64,000 nucleotides of DNA from Carpediemonas membranifera BICM (taxonomy: Eukaryota; Protista; Fornicata): contig JAHDYR010000005.1 in the NCBI GenBank assembly GCA_019828565.1, forward strand, positions 602,829 through 666,828. The letters run 5' to 3'. The notes under the pieces were generated by a model. It saw nothing but the letters and a program-made list of their open reading frames with translations. It did not search any database and was not told the DNA's origin. Positions 1 through 10,214 of the stretch are shown piece after piece. The position numbers were made by a program, and so were the translations under genes. Every line of letters starts with the position of its first letter. Position 1 is the first letter of the stretch.

Positions 1-1
1 G

Positions 2-328
2 AGGTTCGGCCTCGAAGATGAGGCCAGATTCGTATACAAGACCATGAATAGGATCGAGAACGGCGCAAAGATGAAGGAGATCGGGAACATTCTCTTTGCA
101 AGAATCCAGTACCTTCTAATCAAGGACGTGTACACTGACGCTACTGCAGAGCGGTTCGAGAACTATTGCAAGGCGAAGGGCGTGCCTGATCGCGACGAGG
201 TCCTGGAACTGGCGGCCCGCGCCAAGTCTAAGGGCGATAAGCGCGACGCTAATTTTCGCCGCGGTGGCCGCGCTCAGGACCGAGGTCGCACTCAGACAGG
301 ATCCTCCGGCAAGAGAGCCCACACCTAA
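2..328 (+). CDS. C-terminal part of the gag-like ORF1 of the YR retrotransposon
   Basis: Frame is open from the window start to TAA at 328, has a basic RG-rich C-terminus and lies directly upstream of the RT ORF. Confidence 0.65.
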   Translation, partial: RFGLEDEARFVYKTMNRIENGAKMKEIGNILFARIQYLLIKDVYTDATAERFENYCKAKGVPDRDEVLELAARAKSKGDKRDANFRRGGRAQDRGRTQTGSSGKRAHT

Positions 329-3014
329 CCCTCTTTCCATGCATGAACGCGGCGTGGAGGGAGTGGCAGAGGTTGGGAGCATCACAACGGGTGATCAACT
401 GGTTACGATACGGGGTCGAGATCCGTCTGAGAAGTCAACCACCAGCACCAAGGCAACAGCCGACAGTCGACCCATTCATTGTCCAGCAGATTCCTTCCTT
501 GATAGAGACAGGCGTCATAGAGCAAGTGAATCCCTCTTCCCTGCGACACACCGCCTCGCTGTTTACTGTGCCGAAGGGCGAGTCGAAGAGGATCATTCAC
601 AACCTCACGATACTGAACGACTGCTCGGCAGAGCGCTCATCCTTCCGGCTCTACGGTCTGCGCAGAGCTCTCTCCCTTCTCCAGAGGGGCGACTGGATGG
701 TCAAGTTCGACCTCAAGTCCGGGTACCATCAAGTACCAGTACGGAAGGAGGACCGCAAGCTGCTAGGAGTCTATCTTCCAGACGGACGAGCGTTTCAGTA
801 CAGAGTGCTAGGCTTCGGCTGGCGCGCATCGCCGTTCGTGTTTCAGACGATCACCAACCAACTCGCCAAGATACTAGCCCTTCGGACGGGTCTTACCATC
901 GTTGTCTACCTCGACGACTTCCTCTTATTTCACCGCGACCGAGAAATCCTGAGGAGGGCGGTGCCGCGCATCAGGCGGACTCTAGCCGACCTCTGTGTCC
1001 TCACCTCAGAGGAGAAGTCAGAATGGGCACCGACTCAGTCATTGGTCTATCTGGGGCTCGTGATAGACTCCGCGAGTTTTACAATACGCCTCCCGGCGGA
1101 CAAGGCCAAACGTTACTCCTCTCACATTCATCAGGCTCTGGCAGGCAAGACCATCGATCAGGAGACTTGGGCCAAGATCCTCGGGAGACTGACTTACTTC
1201 GCTACAACCGCCCACGGGGCTTTCCTCCGGCTGAGACACCTTCAACAGGACCCACTCTCCAAGGAGCTACTGCAAGAGTGGCTGCTACTGCTAAGAGAGC
1301 GCCCAGTCCGAGACATCAGAGAACTTCAGTCGCTTTGGGGCGCTCACCCCTCCTTAGACCTCGTCGTATCGACAGACGCATCTGGAGTCAAGTGGGGAGC
1401 AGCCGTGCACGGCGAGTATGGGACCTCAGCCTCGGGCACGTTCACTCCAGAACTAAGAGCAGAATCTATCAACGTGAAGGAGCTCGCGGGAATCCTACAG
1501 GGCATCCGTCTGATCGGCAGACAGAGTTCCCAACGCGAGCTATCGATCTTCTCAGACAACACATCAGCTCTGGCCTGGCTCAACAAGGCGGGGTCTACGA
1601 AGGCTCCACCTCAGGCCCTGCACATTCTAGCCCAGATCCAGAAGGAGGCGGAGGACCGGAACCTGACACTCCGTGGACTACACACTCCGGGCATCATCAA
1701 CCTGGCAGCAGATCGGCTGTCCAGAGGCTTCTCACGACTCCCTTCCTCTCTGGAGTCCAGCATGGAATCTGTCCTCGCGGAGTGGGGTCCAGTCCAGACA
1801 GTCTCAACGGACGTAGACGTAAGGCTTGGATGTCGCGTCCTCTGGGCCCCCAATTCGTCTATGGCAGCCATAGTCCAGAAGATAGCGACAGCGAGAGTTC
1901 AGACTCAGACTGGACACCCGAGGTCTTGGACCTCAGCAGTCTTTCTCCTCTACCCAGAGGTTCAAGCGCCGGAGATGAGACTCCTCAAGAGTTGGACGCC
2001 CTGGAAACTCCGTCTCTCCGTCCCGGCTTCGAGCTCAGATCTGGCCCACCTACTTCACCTACAGGACAGAGGACGCCTACGGTTCAATGTGATGGCGTTC
2101 AGGACGTTTTCCACAGAGTCCTCAGGTCGGACAGAGTGATTCACCTTAATCACGCGTCTGCTCGGACGGTGGCCGGCTGGGTGGCCAGGTTCGAAGGCTC
2201 TCGCGATCGCAGCCTGTCGGATCGAGACCAGCTTGTAGCCTTCCTCAAGGACGAAGGCTCCTTCTGCGGGCCATCGAACGTGGCGAGGAAGGGCTACTGG
2301 ATTGTTCAGCTACAGGAGTTCCTCAAAGACTGGCATCCGCCCGCCAACTCCAAGTACATCGTTAAGCAGGCGGCTAAGGGCGCCAGCACGGCGGGAACTA
2401 CCGGCGGCTCGCGCGCCATCACCAAGGCTGAGATGATCGAGGCACTGGGGCGCCGGAGTGACGACTTTGAGTCATATCAGGCATGTCTCTTTGGGGCAGT
2501 CGCCTATCTGACGGTGTCCAGAGGCATCGAGATACTCTCCCTATGCCCGGCCGACCTGGAGCTACTCAAGAACGGCGACATTCTCCTACACATTCAGCGG
2601 ACCAAGACCATCCTAACGGGAGTTAAGAAGCGCGTACCATACGTATGGCTATCAGCCGCCTTCAACCCGGCCTTGGCACTTAGACGCTGGGTCGAGGGCA
2701 CACACTACCTGGCTGATGACACCCCCATCTGGCGAGTCATAATCAACGGGCGCCTGAGCAGAGACAAACCGCTCACAGCCGCACACCTCCGACGAGTCGT
2801 GAAGGCGTTGTTCGGTCCACGGACGGGTCTCCACAGCTTCCGTAAGGGGGCAGCGTCGGAGATGGCTCTATCAGGAGTCCCGCTGGAGGTGATCCTCTCA
2901 ATGGGCACATGGAAGGACGTCACCTCCCTCCGCAGCTATGTCGCTGACGCCATCAGAACAAACGAGGACCTCACCAGGAGGATGAACCTCAGCCTTCTCG
3001 GGCCCCACTTTTAA
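264..3014 (+). CDS. Tyrosine recombinase ORF. The recognisable YR domain is roughly the last 220 aa; the frame is open across the whole RT ORF and the true start is uncertain.
   Basis: Catalytic set SRGIE (R), RTKT (K), HSFR (H-x-x-R), MGTW (W) and RSY (Y). Confidence 0.88.
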   Translation: MAALRTEVALRQDPPAREPTPNPLSMHERGVEGVAEVGSITTGDQLVTIRGRDPSEKSTTSTKATADSRPIHCPADSFLDRDRRHRASESLFPATHRLAVYCAEGRVEEDHSQPHDTERLLGRALILPALRSAQSSLPSPEGRLDGQVRPQVRVPSSTSTEGGPQAARSLSSRRTSVSVQSARLRLARIAVRVSDDHQPTRQDTSPSDGSYHRCLPRRLPLISPRPRNPEEGGAAHQADSSRPLCPHLRGEVRMGTDSVIGLSGARDRLREFYNTPPGGQGQTLLLSHSSGSGRQDHRSGDLGQDPRETDLLRYNRPRGFPPAETPSTGPTLQGATARVAATAKRAPSPRHQRTSVALGRSPLLRPRRIDRRIWSQVGSSRARRVWDLSLGHVHSRTKSRIYQREGARGNPTGHPSDRQTEFPTRAIDLLRQHISSGLAQQGGVYEGSTSGPAHSSPDPEGGGGPEPDTPWTTHSGHHQPGSRSAVQRLLTTPFLSGVQHGICPRGVGSSPDSLNGRRRKAWMSRPLGPQFVYGSHSPEDSDSESSDSDWTPEVLDLSSLSPLPRGSSAGDETPQELDALETPSLRPGFELRSGPPTSPTGQRTPTVQCDGVQDVFHRVLRSDRVIHLNHASARTVAGWVARFEGSRDRSLSDRDQLVAFLKDEGSFCGPSNVARKGYWIVQLQEFLKDWHPPANSKYIVKQAAKGASTAGTTGGSRAITKAEMIEALGRRSDDFESYQACLFGAVAYLTVSRGIEILSLCPADLELLKNGDILLHIQRTKTILTGVKKRVPYVWLSAAFNPALALRRWVEGTHYLADDTPIWRVIINGRLSRDKPLTAAHLRRVVKALFGPRTGLHSFRKGAASEMALSGVPLEVILSMGTWKDVTSLRSYVADAIRTNEDLTRRMNLSLLGPHF
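343..2139 (+). CDS. Reverse transcriptase-RNase H of DIRS type with a degenerate C-terminal methyltransferase-like domain
   Basis: KFDLKSGYHQ, LGFGWRASP and YLDD RT motifs. RNase H motifs TDAS, INVKEL, FSDN and ADRLSR. C-terminal WGP...QKI...LLYP remnant. Confidence 0.93.
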   Translation: MNAAWREWQRLGASQRVINWLRYGVEIRLRSQPPAPRQQPTVDPFIVQQIPSLIETGVIEQVNPSSLRHTASLFTVPKGESKRIIHNLTILNDCSAERSSFRLYGLRRALSLLQRGDWMVKFDLKSGYHQVPVRKEDRKLLGVYLPDGRAFQYRVLGFGWRASPFVFQTITNQLAKILALRTGLTIVVYLDDFLLFHRDREILRRAVPRIRRTLADLCVLTSEEKSEWAPTQSLVYLGLVIDSASFTIRLPADKAKRYSSHIHQALAGKTIDQETWAKILGRLTYFATTAHGAFLRLRHLQQDPLSKELLQEWLLLLRERPVRDIRELQSLWGAHPSLDLVVSTDASGVKWGAAVHGEYGTSASGTFTPELRAESINVKELAGILQGIRLIGRQSSQRELSIFSDNTSALAWLNKAGSTKAPPQALHILAQIQKEAEDRNLTLRGLHTPGIINLAADRLSRGFSRLPSSLESSMESVLAEWGPVQTVSTDVDVRLGCRVLWAPNSSMAAIVQKIATARVQTQTGHPRSWTSAVFLLYPEVQAPEMRLLKSWTPWKLRLSVPASSSDLAHLLHLQDRGRLRFNVMAFRTFSTESSGRTE

Positions 3015-3170
3015 CCACCCCCTCCATTAAACATCCGCGTTCGAGGGGGAACGGCCGAGGCGAGACGGACTCGCCGGCCTGGATTCATCATTAATTCTTA
3101 ACTCTGGTCGAGGCGAGATAGACTCGCCGGCCCAAAGCTTTAGTCCCACAGGGACGTCTTGCGGGATTGT

Positions 3171-3464
3171 CCCATTTTGGTTGGATTTAAGAGGAGGGCT
3201 CTCTGTTATAGAGCCACACTTTGTGGATCCTGTCACAGGACCATCACTGGCACCTGCGCGCGCCGATCAATGTGCACTTTAGGTCACACTTCGAAACGCA
3301 TCGGCAGGTGTCGGAGCCGTTTCGGACCTGACCGGATCGCGAGACGAGGATTTACCCGGGTCTGTCATAAGAGCTCGGGGAAGCCACCCGAAGTAAATAC
3401 TCGCCCCCCCATTTTGGTTGGATTTAAGAGGAGGGCTCTCTGTTATAGAGCCACACTTTGTGGA
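3171..3464 (+). repeat. Split direct repeat terminus: B1 (3171-3227), A (3228-3407), B2 (3408-3464)
   Basis: Exact 57-bp direct repeat around a 180-bp segment. A+B recurs at 11346-11585. Confidence 0.9.
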
Positions 3465-3539
3465 CCGCCATATTGGCCTGTGGACGGCGCTTGGCGCCGG
3501 GGGTAGCTTGATGAGGCAGTCAACCATGTGTGAGAAAAA

Positions 3540-3612
3540 TGGTCCACGTGGGGCTCGAACCCACGACCTTTGGCTTATCAGACCAACGATCTACCGACTG
3601 ATCTAGCAGACC
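3540..3612 (-). tRNA. tRNA-Ile, anticodon GAU
   Basis: Minus strand reads GGTCTGC TA GATC-AGTCGGTA-GATC G TTGGT-CTGATAA-GCCAA AGGTC GTGGG-TTCGAGC-CCCAC GTGGACC A. This is a full cloverleaf followed directly by TTTTT (3535-3539, Pol III terminator). Confidence 0.93.
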
Positions 3613-3985
3613 AATATGCTCACGCAGGTTGTCATGCAGCCATATGAGGTCCGGACTATGCCACGAACCCGTACGTGGCTCCAGGCGGGTCTATGACTCA
3701 TTCCAGCTCACTACAACCGTTATGTGCTGCGGTGCTCCCTGGGGCAGATCTGAGTTCATCGATACTGCTTCGGAATCCCGGAAGAATGGAACAAATAGAC
3801 ATCCGTTTGCTTAGTTCTTTCTCCGGGTGGATCAAGTTGGGGTATAGATCAGGATGAAGGTTGGCTAGAGGTGTCTTAGGACATAGAGCCCCGCGCTCGT
3901 TACCCAGCCTGATTGCACCACCGATCTCAGCCTACTTGTCTAATTCATTGCCGGCATCTGTTTGTGACATTTACATTGCTATCCA

Positions 3986-4802
3986 CTAGTGAGGTGTGCC
4001 GCCGCCCGAAGAATTGAGTAGGTCGAACCGCCGGGCTCGGTCAGGAGTCGTTGACCGGGGCAGCATCTTGGCAGCGCTGAGCCGTGGGGTCTGCGCTGGT
4101 GTCATTCGACCGAGGTTCATTGTTCCCATGGAGAACTGAGGCATCATGTTCTCCTTCCTTAGGATGGGGGTGTTGAGGCGGGGCGTGCCGGGCATCGCAT
4201 GGCTCGACGACTGGAGCAGCTTGCCCTGCATGCTGAACGGCTTGCGGACGGGTGTAGCGGGCGTCTGACGGGATGATGGTTCTGCTGAGAGAAGGCGCTC
4301 CTGAGACCGGCTGCGACTGTGACTGGACTGGAGAACGTCGGACAGTTTCTGCCGGAGTGACGACACCTCGCGCTGCATCTCTACCATGCTCGCCTTAGCC
4401 TCTTGCAGTTGTCGCTTTAGCTGAGCGTTTTCTTCTTGGATCTGGGCGGCAGCAGTTAGCTGCTGCTTGATGAACGTCTCTCGGTTGTTCTGGTGAGCAC
4501 GCTGGAACTTAAGGACGTCGATGCCCTGCATAATGAGTGTCGCGGGATCCTGGAAGAAGTGTCTGACGGAGGAGGGCATGCGCATGGGCTGAGTGAGGGG
4601 ATCGGCGTGAGCTGGAACAAACATCATCTTGGATTTCAAGTGTACCTGCGCTAGCTCTACAGACCGGGCATGATATTTCGTCACCAGGGTTGAAACTTCT
4701 GCAAGAATCGCAGATGAAGTGACCACAGCTTGTGAAGCAGTTACAAACGCCAGACCGAAGAGTTCTACCGCATAAGGAGCAATAGAACTTGAGTTTCGCC
4801 AT
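3986..4802 (-). CDS. RNF212/Zip3-like RING finger and coiled-coil protein (meiotic crossover E3 family); 34-nt intron at 4589-4622
   Basis: N-terminal CSLC...TSCGHFICDSC...CPVC RING. Removing GTTTGT...CTCACTCAG joins it in frame to FFQDP...VLKFQ, a coiled coil and an S/T/P-rich tail, which is the RNF212/ZHP-3 architecture. Confidence 0.8.
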
Positions 4803-5234
4803 TTGAAATTGGATCTGCGGCCGCTTTACGGATCTTTTCGGCCTTTGCGCCTGAGGAGCCTTGTGAGCATCACACGCCGGAAAACCACTCAAAACTCATC
4901 TGATTAGTTCAGCGCGATTCTCCCCGGGGGGCACACACCACGTCCTCGTAATGGTCTTGCTCACCGCAAGCCTCCTCTTTCTCTGCGCGATGCTGGTCAT
5001 TACCAACAAAAATGCCAACTGCCAGGCAGCAAATTTTATGCAGAGAAAACACCACTGAAGGCTGCATCATCGTGTAGACCGGCAGTAGTATAGCCAGCAG
5101 TGACTGTGGCTAGCCCTGTTTTTATTTGAACCATTTTTGCCATCAGCTTTTCTCCCTTTGCGAACCTCCATCCTTTGCGTCGTCATCTGCATCGTTTGTG
5201 CACGAGCACTTGCTTCTAATGGTTCTTACACAGC

Positions 5235-5636
5235 ATGGGTCACGTTCGTACTAAGACTATCAAGAGGGCCGCTCGTCTTATCGTCGAGAAGTACTACTCC
5301 CGTCTTGGCACCGATTTCCACATGAACAAGGCCATCTGCGAGGAGGTTGCCGTCATCCCTTCCAAGCGCATGCGCAACAAGATCGCTGGCTTCGTCACCC
5401 ACATCATGGTCCGCATTGAGGACGGTGAGCAGGTCCGTGGCGTTTCCCTTAAGCTTCAGGAGGAGGAGCGTGAGCGCCGTGATAACTACGTCCCCAAGCA
5501 GTCTGTCCTCGATGTTGAGAAGCTCGAGATTGACCCCGTTGCCAGCAAGATGCTCGAGAGCATCGGCTTCGGCGACATGGAGAAGATCGAGATTGTCGAG
5601 CCCACCACTCGTCGCGAGCGCCGCCAGCGCTATTAA
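5235..5636 (+). CDS. RPS17: 40S ribosomal protein S17 (eS17)
   Basis: [21 protein letters not shown]...[14 protein letters not shown]...[15 protein letters not shown]. Confidence 0.98.
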   Translation: MGHVRTKTIKRAARLIVEKYYSRLGTDFHMNKAICEEVAVIPSKRMRNKIAGFVTHIMVRIEDGEQVRGVSLKLQEEERERRDNYVPKQSVLDVEKLEIDPVASKMLESIGFGDMEKIEIVEPTTRRERRQRY

Positions 5637-5866
5637 ACGCTTCGGCATAAAGGATACTCATGCTATTGGAAGGGGAGGATGGCTTGGGTAAACATTTGTC
5701 TCTGTGTTGTCCAGTGAGACGGGTAATCCTTTCAGCTTGCTTCATGTCTCCTGTCATCACGGTACCCATCATCACCTGTGCGATAACGTGTAGTTTATAG
5801 GTGCTTGAGGTCCATTTGCATGATCCACGCCTGGAGTGGTCGGCCGTGTATATCCTGGGCTAAGCC

Positions 5867-6959
5867 CGACCCACTTGCGCCGCATTTCTGCTGCTGTGGC
5901 CACCAGAAAGCGGCATAGAGCACACATGAGCCATCGCAAAGCGCTGTTTACTGTTGAGGTCGTGTGCCAGCCTCATCGGCGGCGACGAAGCTTGCCGGGG
6001 AGCGCGTGGACGCGGTTCACGGTACGTGCAACCCTCATGAGCGTGTATAGTCTGAGCAAAAGCATTTTCTGTCGGTTATTCCGGCTGCGGGCAGTTCTGT
6101 CGTGTCAGGGCGCGTTCGCAGAGGCGTTCGTGAAGGCGCTGAGCAGGATACAGCGAGTGCCCCGTTAGATGGCCGCTGCACGCGAGCAGTCAACGTCTAT
6201 TGGTGCAGTGCCAGCCTTCCGCCGCGTCCTGCCTTCTCATGCGCACGATCGGCGTTTTTGCCAGGAAAGGCCACGCCACAGCGGCGGGTGCAGCCGCGCA
6301 GCAGGCGGTCTGCCGGCCCCGCCCGCCTCCTGCCGCACCCTTCGACGCCTGGCTGTGCGATAATGCTGCCCCCGCGTGTCTCCGCGCCGCGCACACCTCC
6401 GCCCACCGCGCCAGCCGGCATAGCATCTGGCCGGCTATACGCTGTCAACGAGCAATCGTGGCCGCAGCGAACGAAGTTGAGCGTGTGGAAGGCACTGTCC
6501 CAGTTGAGCAGCCCTTCGGCATGGTACCGCGCGAGGAATCGGCGGCCCCAGGTCGATGGTGAGGGCTGGATCGGGCGAGGGTGGGAACACAGCAGCCAGC
6601 AGGCCCCGAGGGCGGTGGCAACTGGGACGGCAGTGCTGAGCGCGAGGCGACGAGAGCTTTTGCCGTCCTGTGGCGCGGCGTGCGGGCTGGGCATGCGTCG
6701 GCACCGAGTGATTCTGTTTGCGTGTGGAATGTGCGGGAGTAAGGCTGTTTATCGGCGTGCGGGCGTGTCATGGTTTTGCACGCTGGGCAGGCGTTCGAGG
6801 TCGCTGTCACTCGCGCGAGCATTCCACCTCTCAGAAACGGCATGGGACGTCGATCGGCTTGGTCTAGGGCGCGTTGTTACTGTCCCCGCCACGCAACTCA
6901 CTCGTGGCGACTCGGACGCAATCCTGCGCAAGGACGTCTCATCTGCATCCCTCGATCAG
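5867..6959 (+). repeat. 1.09-kb repeat, copy 1 (inverted copy at 11072-12403)
   Basis: Near-identical reverse-complement match. No convincing protein, TIR or TSD. Confidence 0.9.
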
Positions 6960-7019
6960 GCGTGGCGACTCGGACGACTGCGACGATTCAGGACATATTC
7001 GACTTCGGCGAAAGAAGCA

Positions 7020-8544
7020 ATGCGCGGCGAGGATAACAGCACAGCGGATGCAAGAGCCACTCTCATCGCGGCTTATTGTGCTGCAGTTACAGCAACCGCC
7101 TCCATCCCCGGAGACGTGCCCTCGCTCCTCCTCCACGCCTTCTCGCGACACTTCCAGCAAAGAATGCCCTCGATCAGCGATAGAGCTCATACAATTATCG
7201 TCCAGCAGTGATTCCCCCTCTCGAGCCACCTGCGCAAGTCCTCCTCGACCGCGCCCGCTCGATCCTCACCAGCGGCCCCCCGCTGTCAATGAACTTCGAG
7301 CTCGCGGAGGGTGAGGAGCTTCCGGTCGCCCTGCACACCCTGCTCCAGGGCACGCTGTGGGCCTGTCTCATGGGTGGCGGGGCCAACCCCGACCTGGAGA
7401 GGAGCGACGAGCATGACAAGGAGCACAAAACCGCCTGTGGGCAGATGGGATTGTCGCTCTGGTTCCTCTGTCGGAAGTTCTTCTTCACCCGCACCGTCGC
7501 TGCGAATGACGGTGAGAGCACGCCCTCGACATGGCTGTACCACGGCCGCGTGTTCCAACACCCGCCCTCTGCCCCATATGCCCACATCCGCACCCCCCGG
7601 CGGTGAGGCTGTTCGTCGTCAGCCCCGAGACCCTTGTGCTGCAGACGGTCCGGGGCCTCTTCGGACTAGACCGGACACAGGTTCCGTTCCACTTCGACGA
7701 GAGTCCCACTCTCACGCAGGCCTTGCACACGAGGATGGAGTCCGCGGCCCGGGTCCGCTTCTCCTGCTGCCCGAGGGTCGCCGAGTTCGAGCGCCACCTG
7801 CCGCCTTGGGAGAAGCATCGTCTGGTGGATGGGCTGTGGGCCAACGAGCGCAGCATTGTCCTCCTGACCCCCGCCGGCCTCGTGGCGCTGGGTTGGATCG
7901 CGTAGTTCCTCGTGGGGGCCGGCGTTCGACGGATTGACCTGCTCAAGTTCCACCCCGTGCTGATACCGGACGGCGTTGTCCCAGATCAGGTCATGTTCGA
8001 GGGCGACTGCCTAGTGGCCGGTGTGGGTGATCGCCAGCTGATTGGGGGCGACGTCCACAGCATACAACTTGGACCATCGCCCGCCCCTCAAACCAGGACC
8101 GTCGTCGACCTGCCATTCCGGGTCGACCGCATCCTGTGCAGTGGCCGGGGGTCGACCGTCTTCCGATGTGGCCGCCAGCTGCTCCTCTGCGGCCTCGTCC
8201 CCGCGACCATGGCGGCTGCAGGCCTGGTGCCCGACATCGCCCCCGGCACCCGCATCGGCCCGGTATCGCTCAGCCTGCCATGGCCGGTCTCCCGCTTCTT
8301 CTATCGTGCTGAGCTCATCGCCAGCTCTGAGACCGAGACCCTGTGTACCAAGGGGATGCTGCGACGGGCCCTCCCGTTCGAGACGGTCGAGGCGGCACTG
8401 TCGGTGTTTGGGACGGTCATGTATCTCCGTCCAGCAGCGGGGTCGTGGGTCATGACCGACCTCGCGACAGAGGGGCAGCCCGAGCCCGTCCCGACGTACC
8501 CTGCGGGGTTCCTGCCTTATACTATAGCACATGTAAACAATTAA
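7020..8544 (+). pseudogene. Disrupted gene of unknown family, with two frameshifts (about 7203 and 7597) and an in-frame TAG at 7903-7905
   Basis: Consecutive ORF pieces 7020-7211, 7208-7606, 7531-7905 and 7912-8544 have host-like codon usage. They join if one C is added in each of two C-runs and one stop is read through. Confidence 0.6.
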
Positions 8545-8553
8545 ACCGGAGCT

Positions 8554-10035
8554 TTACTCGACGTGGTTGTACAGCTGCAGGCTCGTGCTGTTGGGCGTGT
8601 GGACGAGCACGTACTGCCCGTCCGCCCGGCCCCGCACGTCGTCGACAACGGCCTTGAGCACGCCCCAGCAGGACTCCGCCTCCATCATGACGTTCTTGGC
8701 GTACTTCTCCATCGTCTCGTCGTGGGCGCCGACCACGTGGTGGTGCTTGCTGGCGTCCTTGGGGTTGTTGCGGGCCACAAAGCCCATCTTGAAGGCATCC
8801 GCACCCGCGAGCAGGCCCTCGATCGCCCAGCGGTCCGTCAGGGCGCTGTTCTTGATGATGATCTCACCAAAGATGGTCGCCTTCATCGACTGCCACTTGC
8901 TGAGCCAGGTGCCGTGGTCGGCGGTCTCGACGACGGCCTTGACGATGGCGGGGACCGTCTCCTCGACAATCTCGACCCGCTCCATGGGCTCCCCGTCGGG
9001 CCCGACCGCCTCGACCTGCACGCGGCGCTTCTGCTTCACCTCGGCGTCGACGTGGGTCTTGACGATGACGTCGATCTCGTCGTCCACGGCGATCTTACGC
9101 CACCGCACCTGGCCCTTGCTGCCGTCAGTCGCAGCCGCCCTGTACTCGGCGATGGCTGCGGCGGCCTCGGCGTACGTGGCGAGGGGGTCCTCGGTCATGG
9201 TCGTGCTCGACTCGTCCAGCGGCACCAGGTCCGCGAACTCGTTCTCAGGGCGGTAGTCTAGGGTGATCGCCTTGCCCTGCTTCGTCACAAGGACGTCCCA
9301 GCCGTTGTGGGTGCGGAGGGCGGCCATCACGAGGGACAGAGCAGAGGCGGACGCCACGACGGTCGTCTTGCCCTCGGGATCGATCTTCTCGATGATGCTC
9401 TTGGCGGTCTTGTCGCTGCGGATGCTGTTTGTGCGGCGGGGTGCGTCGGCCGGGAGGCGGGTGGGCTTGCGGGGGACGTGCCTCTCGATGGCCTCGTTGT
9501 ACTTCGGGAGCGTGCCCTCAGTGGCAACCTCCTCGGACGAAAACTGGGCGGCGTAATCGTTCTTGTCGGCCTTCTCGGCGGCGAGGATGGTGTGCTTCGC
9601 GTTCTTGAGGTTCTGCCAGGAAAGGTCAGTGATGGGAAGCCACTCGGGACGGATCATGATGGACTCGGGGCGGGTCACGCGGTTCGTGCGGACGTAGTTG
9701 TAGCGGGCAGCGTTCCTGCCGAAGTACTGGCGCTGGGGCTCGGCCTCGTACTTCTTCACGGGCGCACTCTCCTTCTTGACAGCGTCAAGAGGCGTAACAG
9801 AAAGAATGGCCGTACGCTCAATCAAGTACTGATCATCCTCGTCAGTATGCTTGAATGCATAGCCGTGACGCTCGGCCTTTGAGCGAGAAAGGAAAACATC
9901 GTAGAAACGGGATTTCTGAAGGAGTTCAGCGCGGTCCTTCTCGAAAGCCGCAAAGGGAGCACCTTCGTACTCACTCTCATGGCGACCCCAGGGCTGCTCA
10001 ACAGTCTGTTCGACGTCTTCGACCATTTCAACCAT
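8554..10035 (-). CDS. EIF3D: Eukaryotic translation initiation factor 3 subunit D
   Basis: RPESIMIRPEW, LVMAALRTHNGWDVLVTKQG and KNSALTDRWAIEGLLAGADAFKMGFVAR match eIF3d conserved blocks. Confidence 0.88.
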   Translation of the reverse strand: MVEMVEDVEQTVEQPWGRHESEYEGAPFAAFEKDRAELLQKSRFYDVFLSRSKAERHGYAFKHTDEDDQYLIERTAILSVTPLDAVKKESAPVKKYEAEPQRQYFGRNAARYNYVRTNRVTRPESIMIRPEWLPITDLSWQNLKNAKHTILAAEKADKNDYAAQFSSEEVATEGTLPKYNEAIERHVPRKPTRLPADAPRRTNSIRSDKTAKSIIEKIDPEGKTTVVASASALSLVMAALRTHNGWDVLVTKQGKAITLDYRPENEFADLVPLDESSTTMTEDPLATYAEAAAAIAEYRAAATDGSKGQVRWRKIAVDDEIDVIVKTHVDAEVKQKRRVQVEAVGPDGEPMERVEIVEETVPAIVKAVVETADHGTWLSKWQSMKATIFGEIIIKNSALTDRWAIEGLLAGADAFKMGFVARNNPKDASKHHHVVGAHDETMEKYAKNVMMEAESCWGVLKAVVDDVRGRADGQYVLVHTPNSTSLQLYNHVE

Positions 10036-10214
10036 AACGATTTACACGTATACATTCCTCTCAATGTACCGGCCCGCACCGGTCCTATTTGATCAACTCT
10101 GACAAATCAAAAAGAAAACGTCACCTGTCCTACACGAGTCCATGGTGTGTGCTGGAAATACAGCCTTGTGGTGGCCAGGAAGGAACCATCCGACCTAAAA
10201 AGTCAGCCATTTAC

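Larger units (their letters stand above)
1..3464 (+). mobile_element. Tyrosine-recombinase retrotransposon (DIRS/PAT-like) with split direct repeats; 5' end lies outside the window
   Basis: gag-like ORF end, RT-RNaseH ORF and overlapping YR ORF, followed by a B1-A-B2 terminal arrangement. The 57-bp B is identical at 3171-3227 and 3408-3464. Confidence 0.92.

Noticed and set aside
3465-3539. tRNA-targeted integration of the YR element, which ends 75 bp from the tRNA
   Set aside because: The second insertion at 11346 has no tRNA nearby, so one case is not enough.
6102-7211. 369-aa ORF and other ORFs inside the 1.1-kb repeat; also the N-terminal extension of ORF 10215-11261
   Set aside because: R/A/P-rich with no motifs, and the frames differ between the two repeat copies. 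Only the parts outside the repeat look coding.
7903-7905. In-frame TAG here and at 43493-43495 as evidence of stop-codon reassignment
   Set aside because: Conserved genes end normally in TAA or TAG (RPS17, eIF3d, enkurin). The 43493 stop is explained by a 1-nt deletion.
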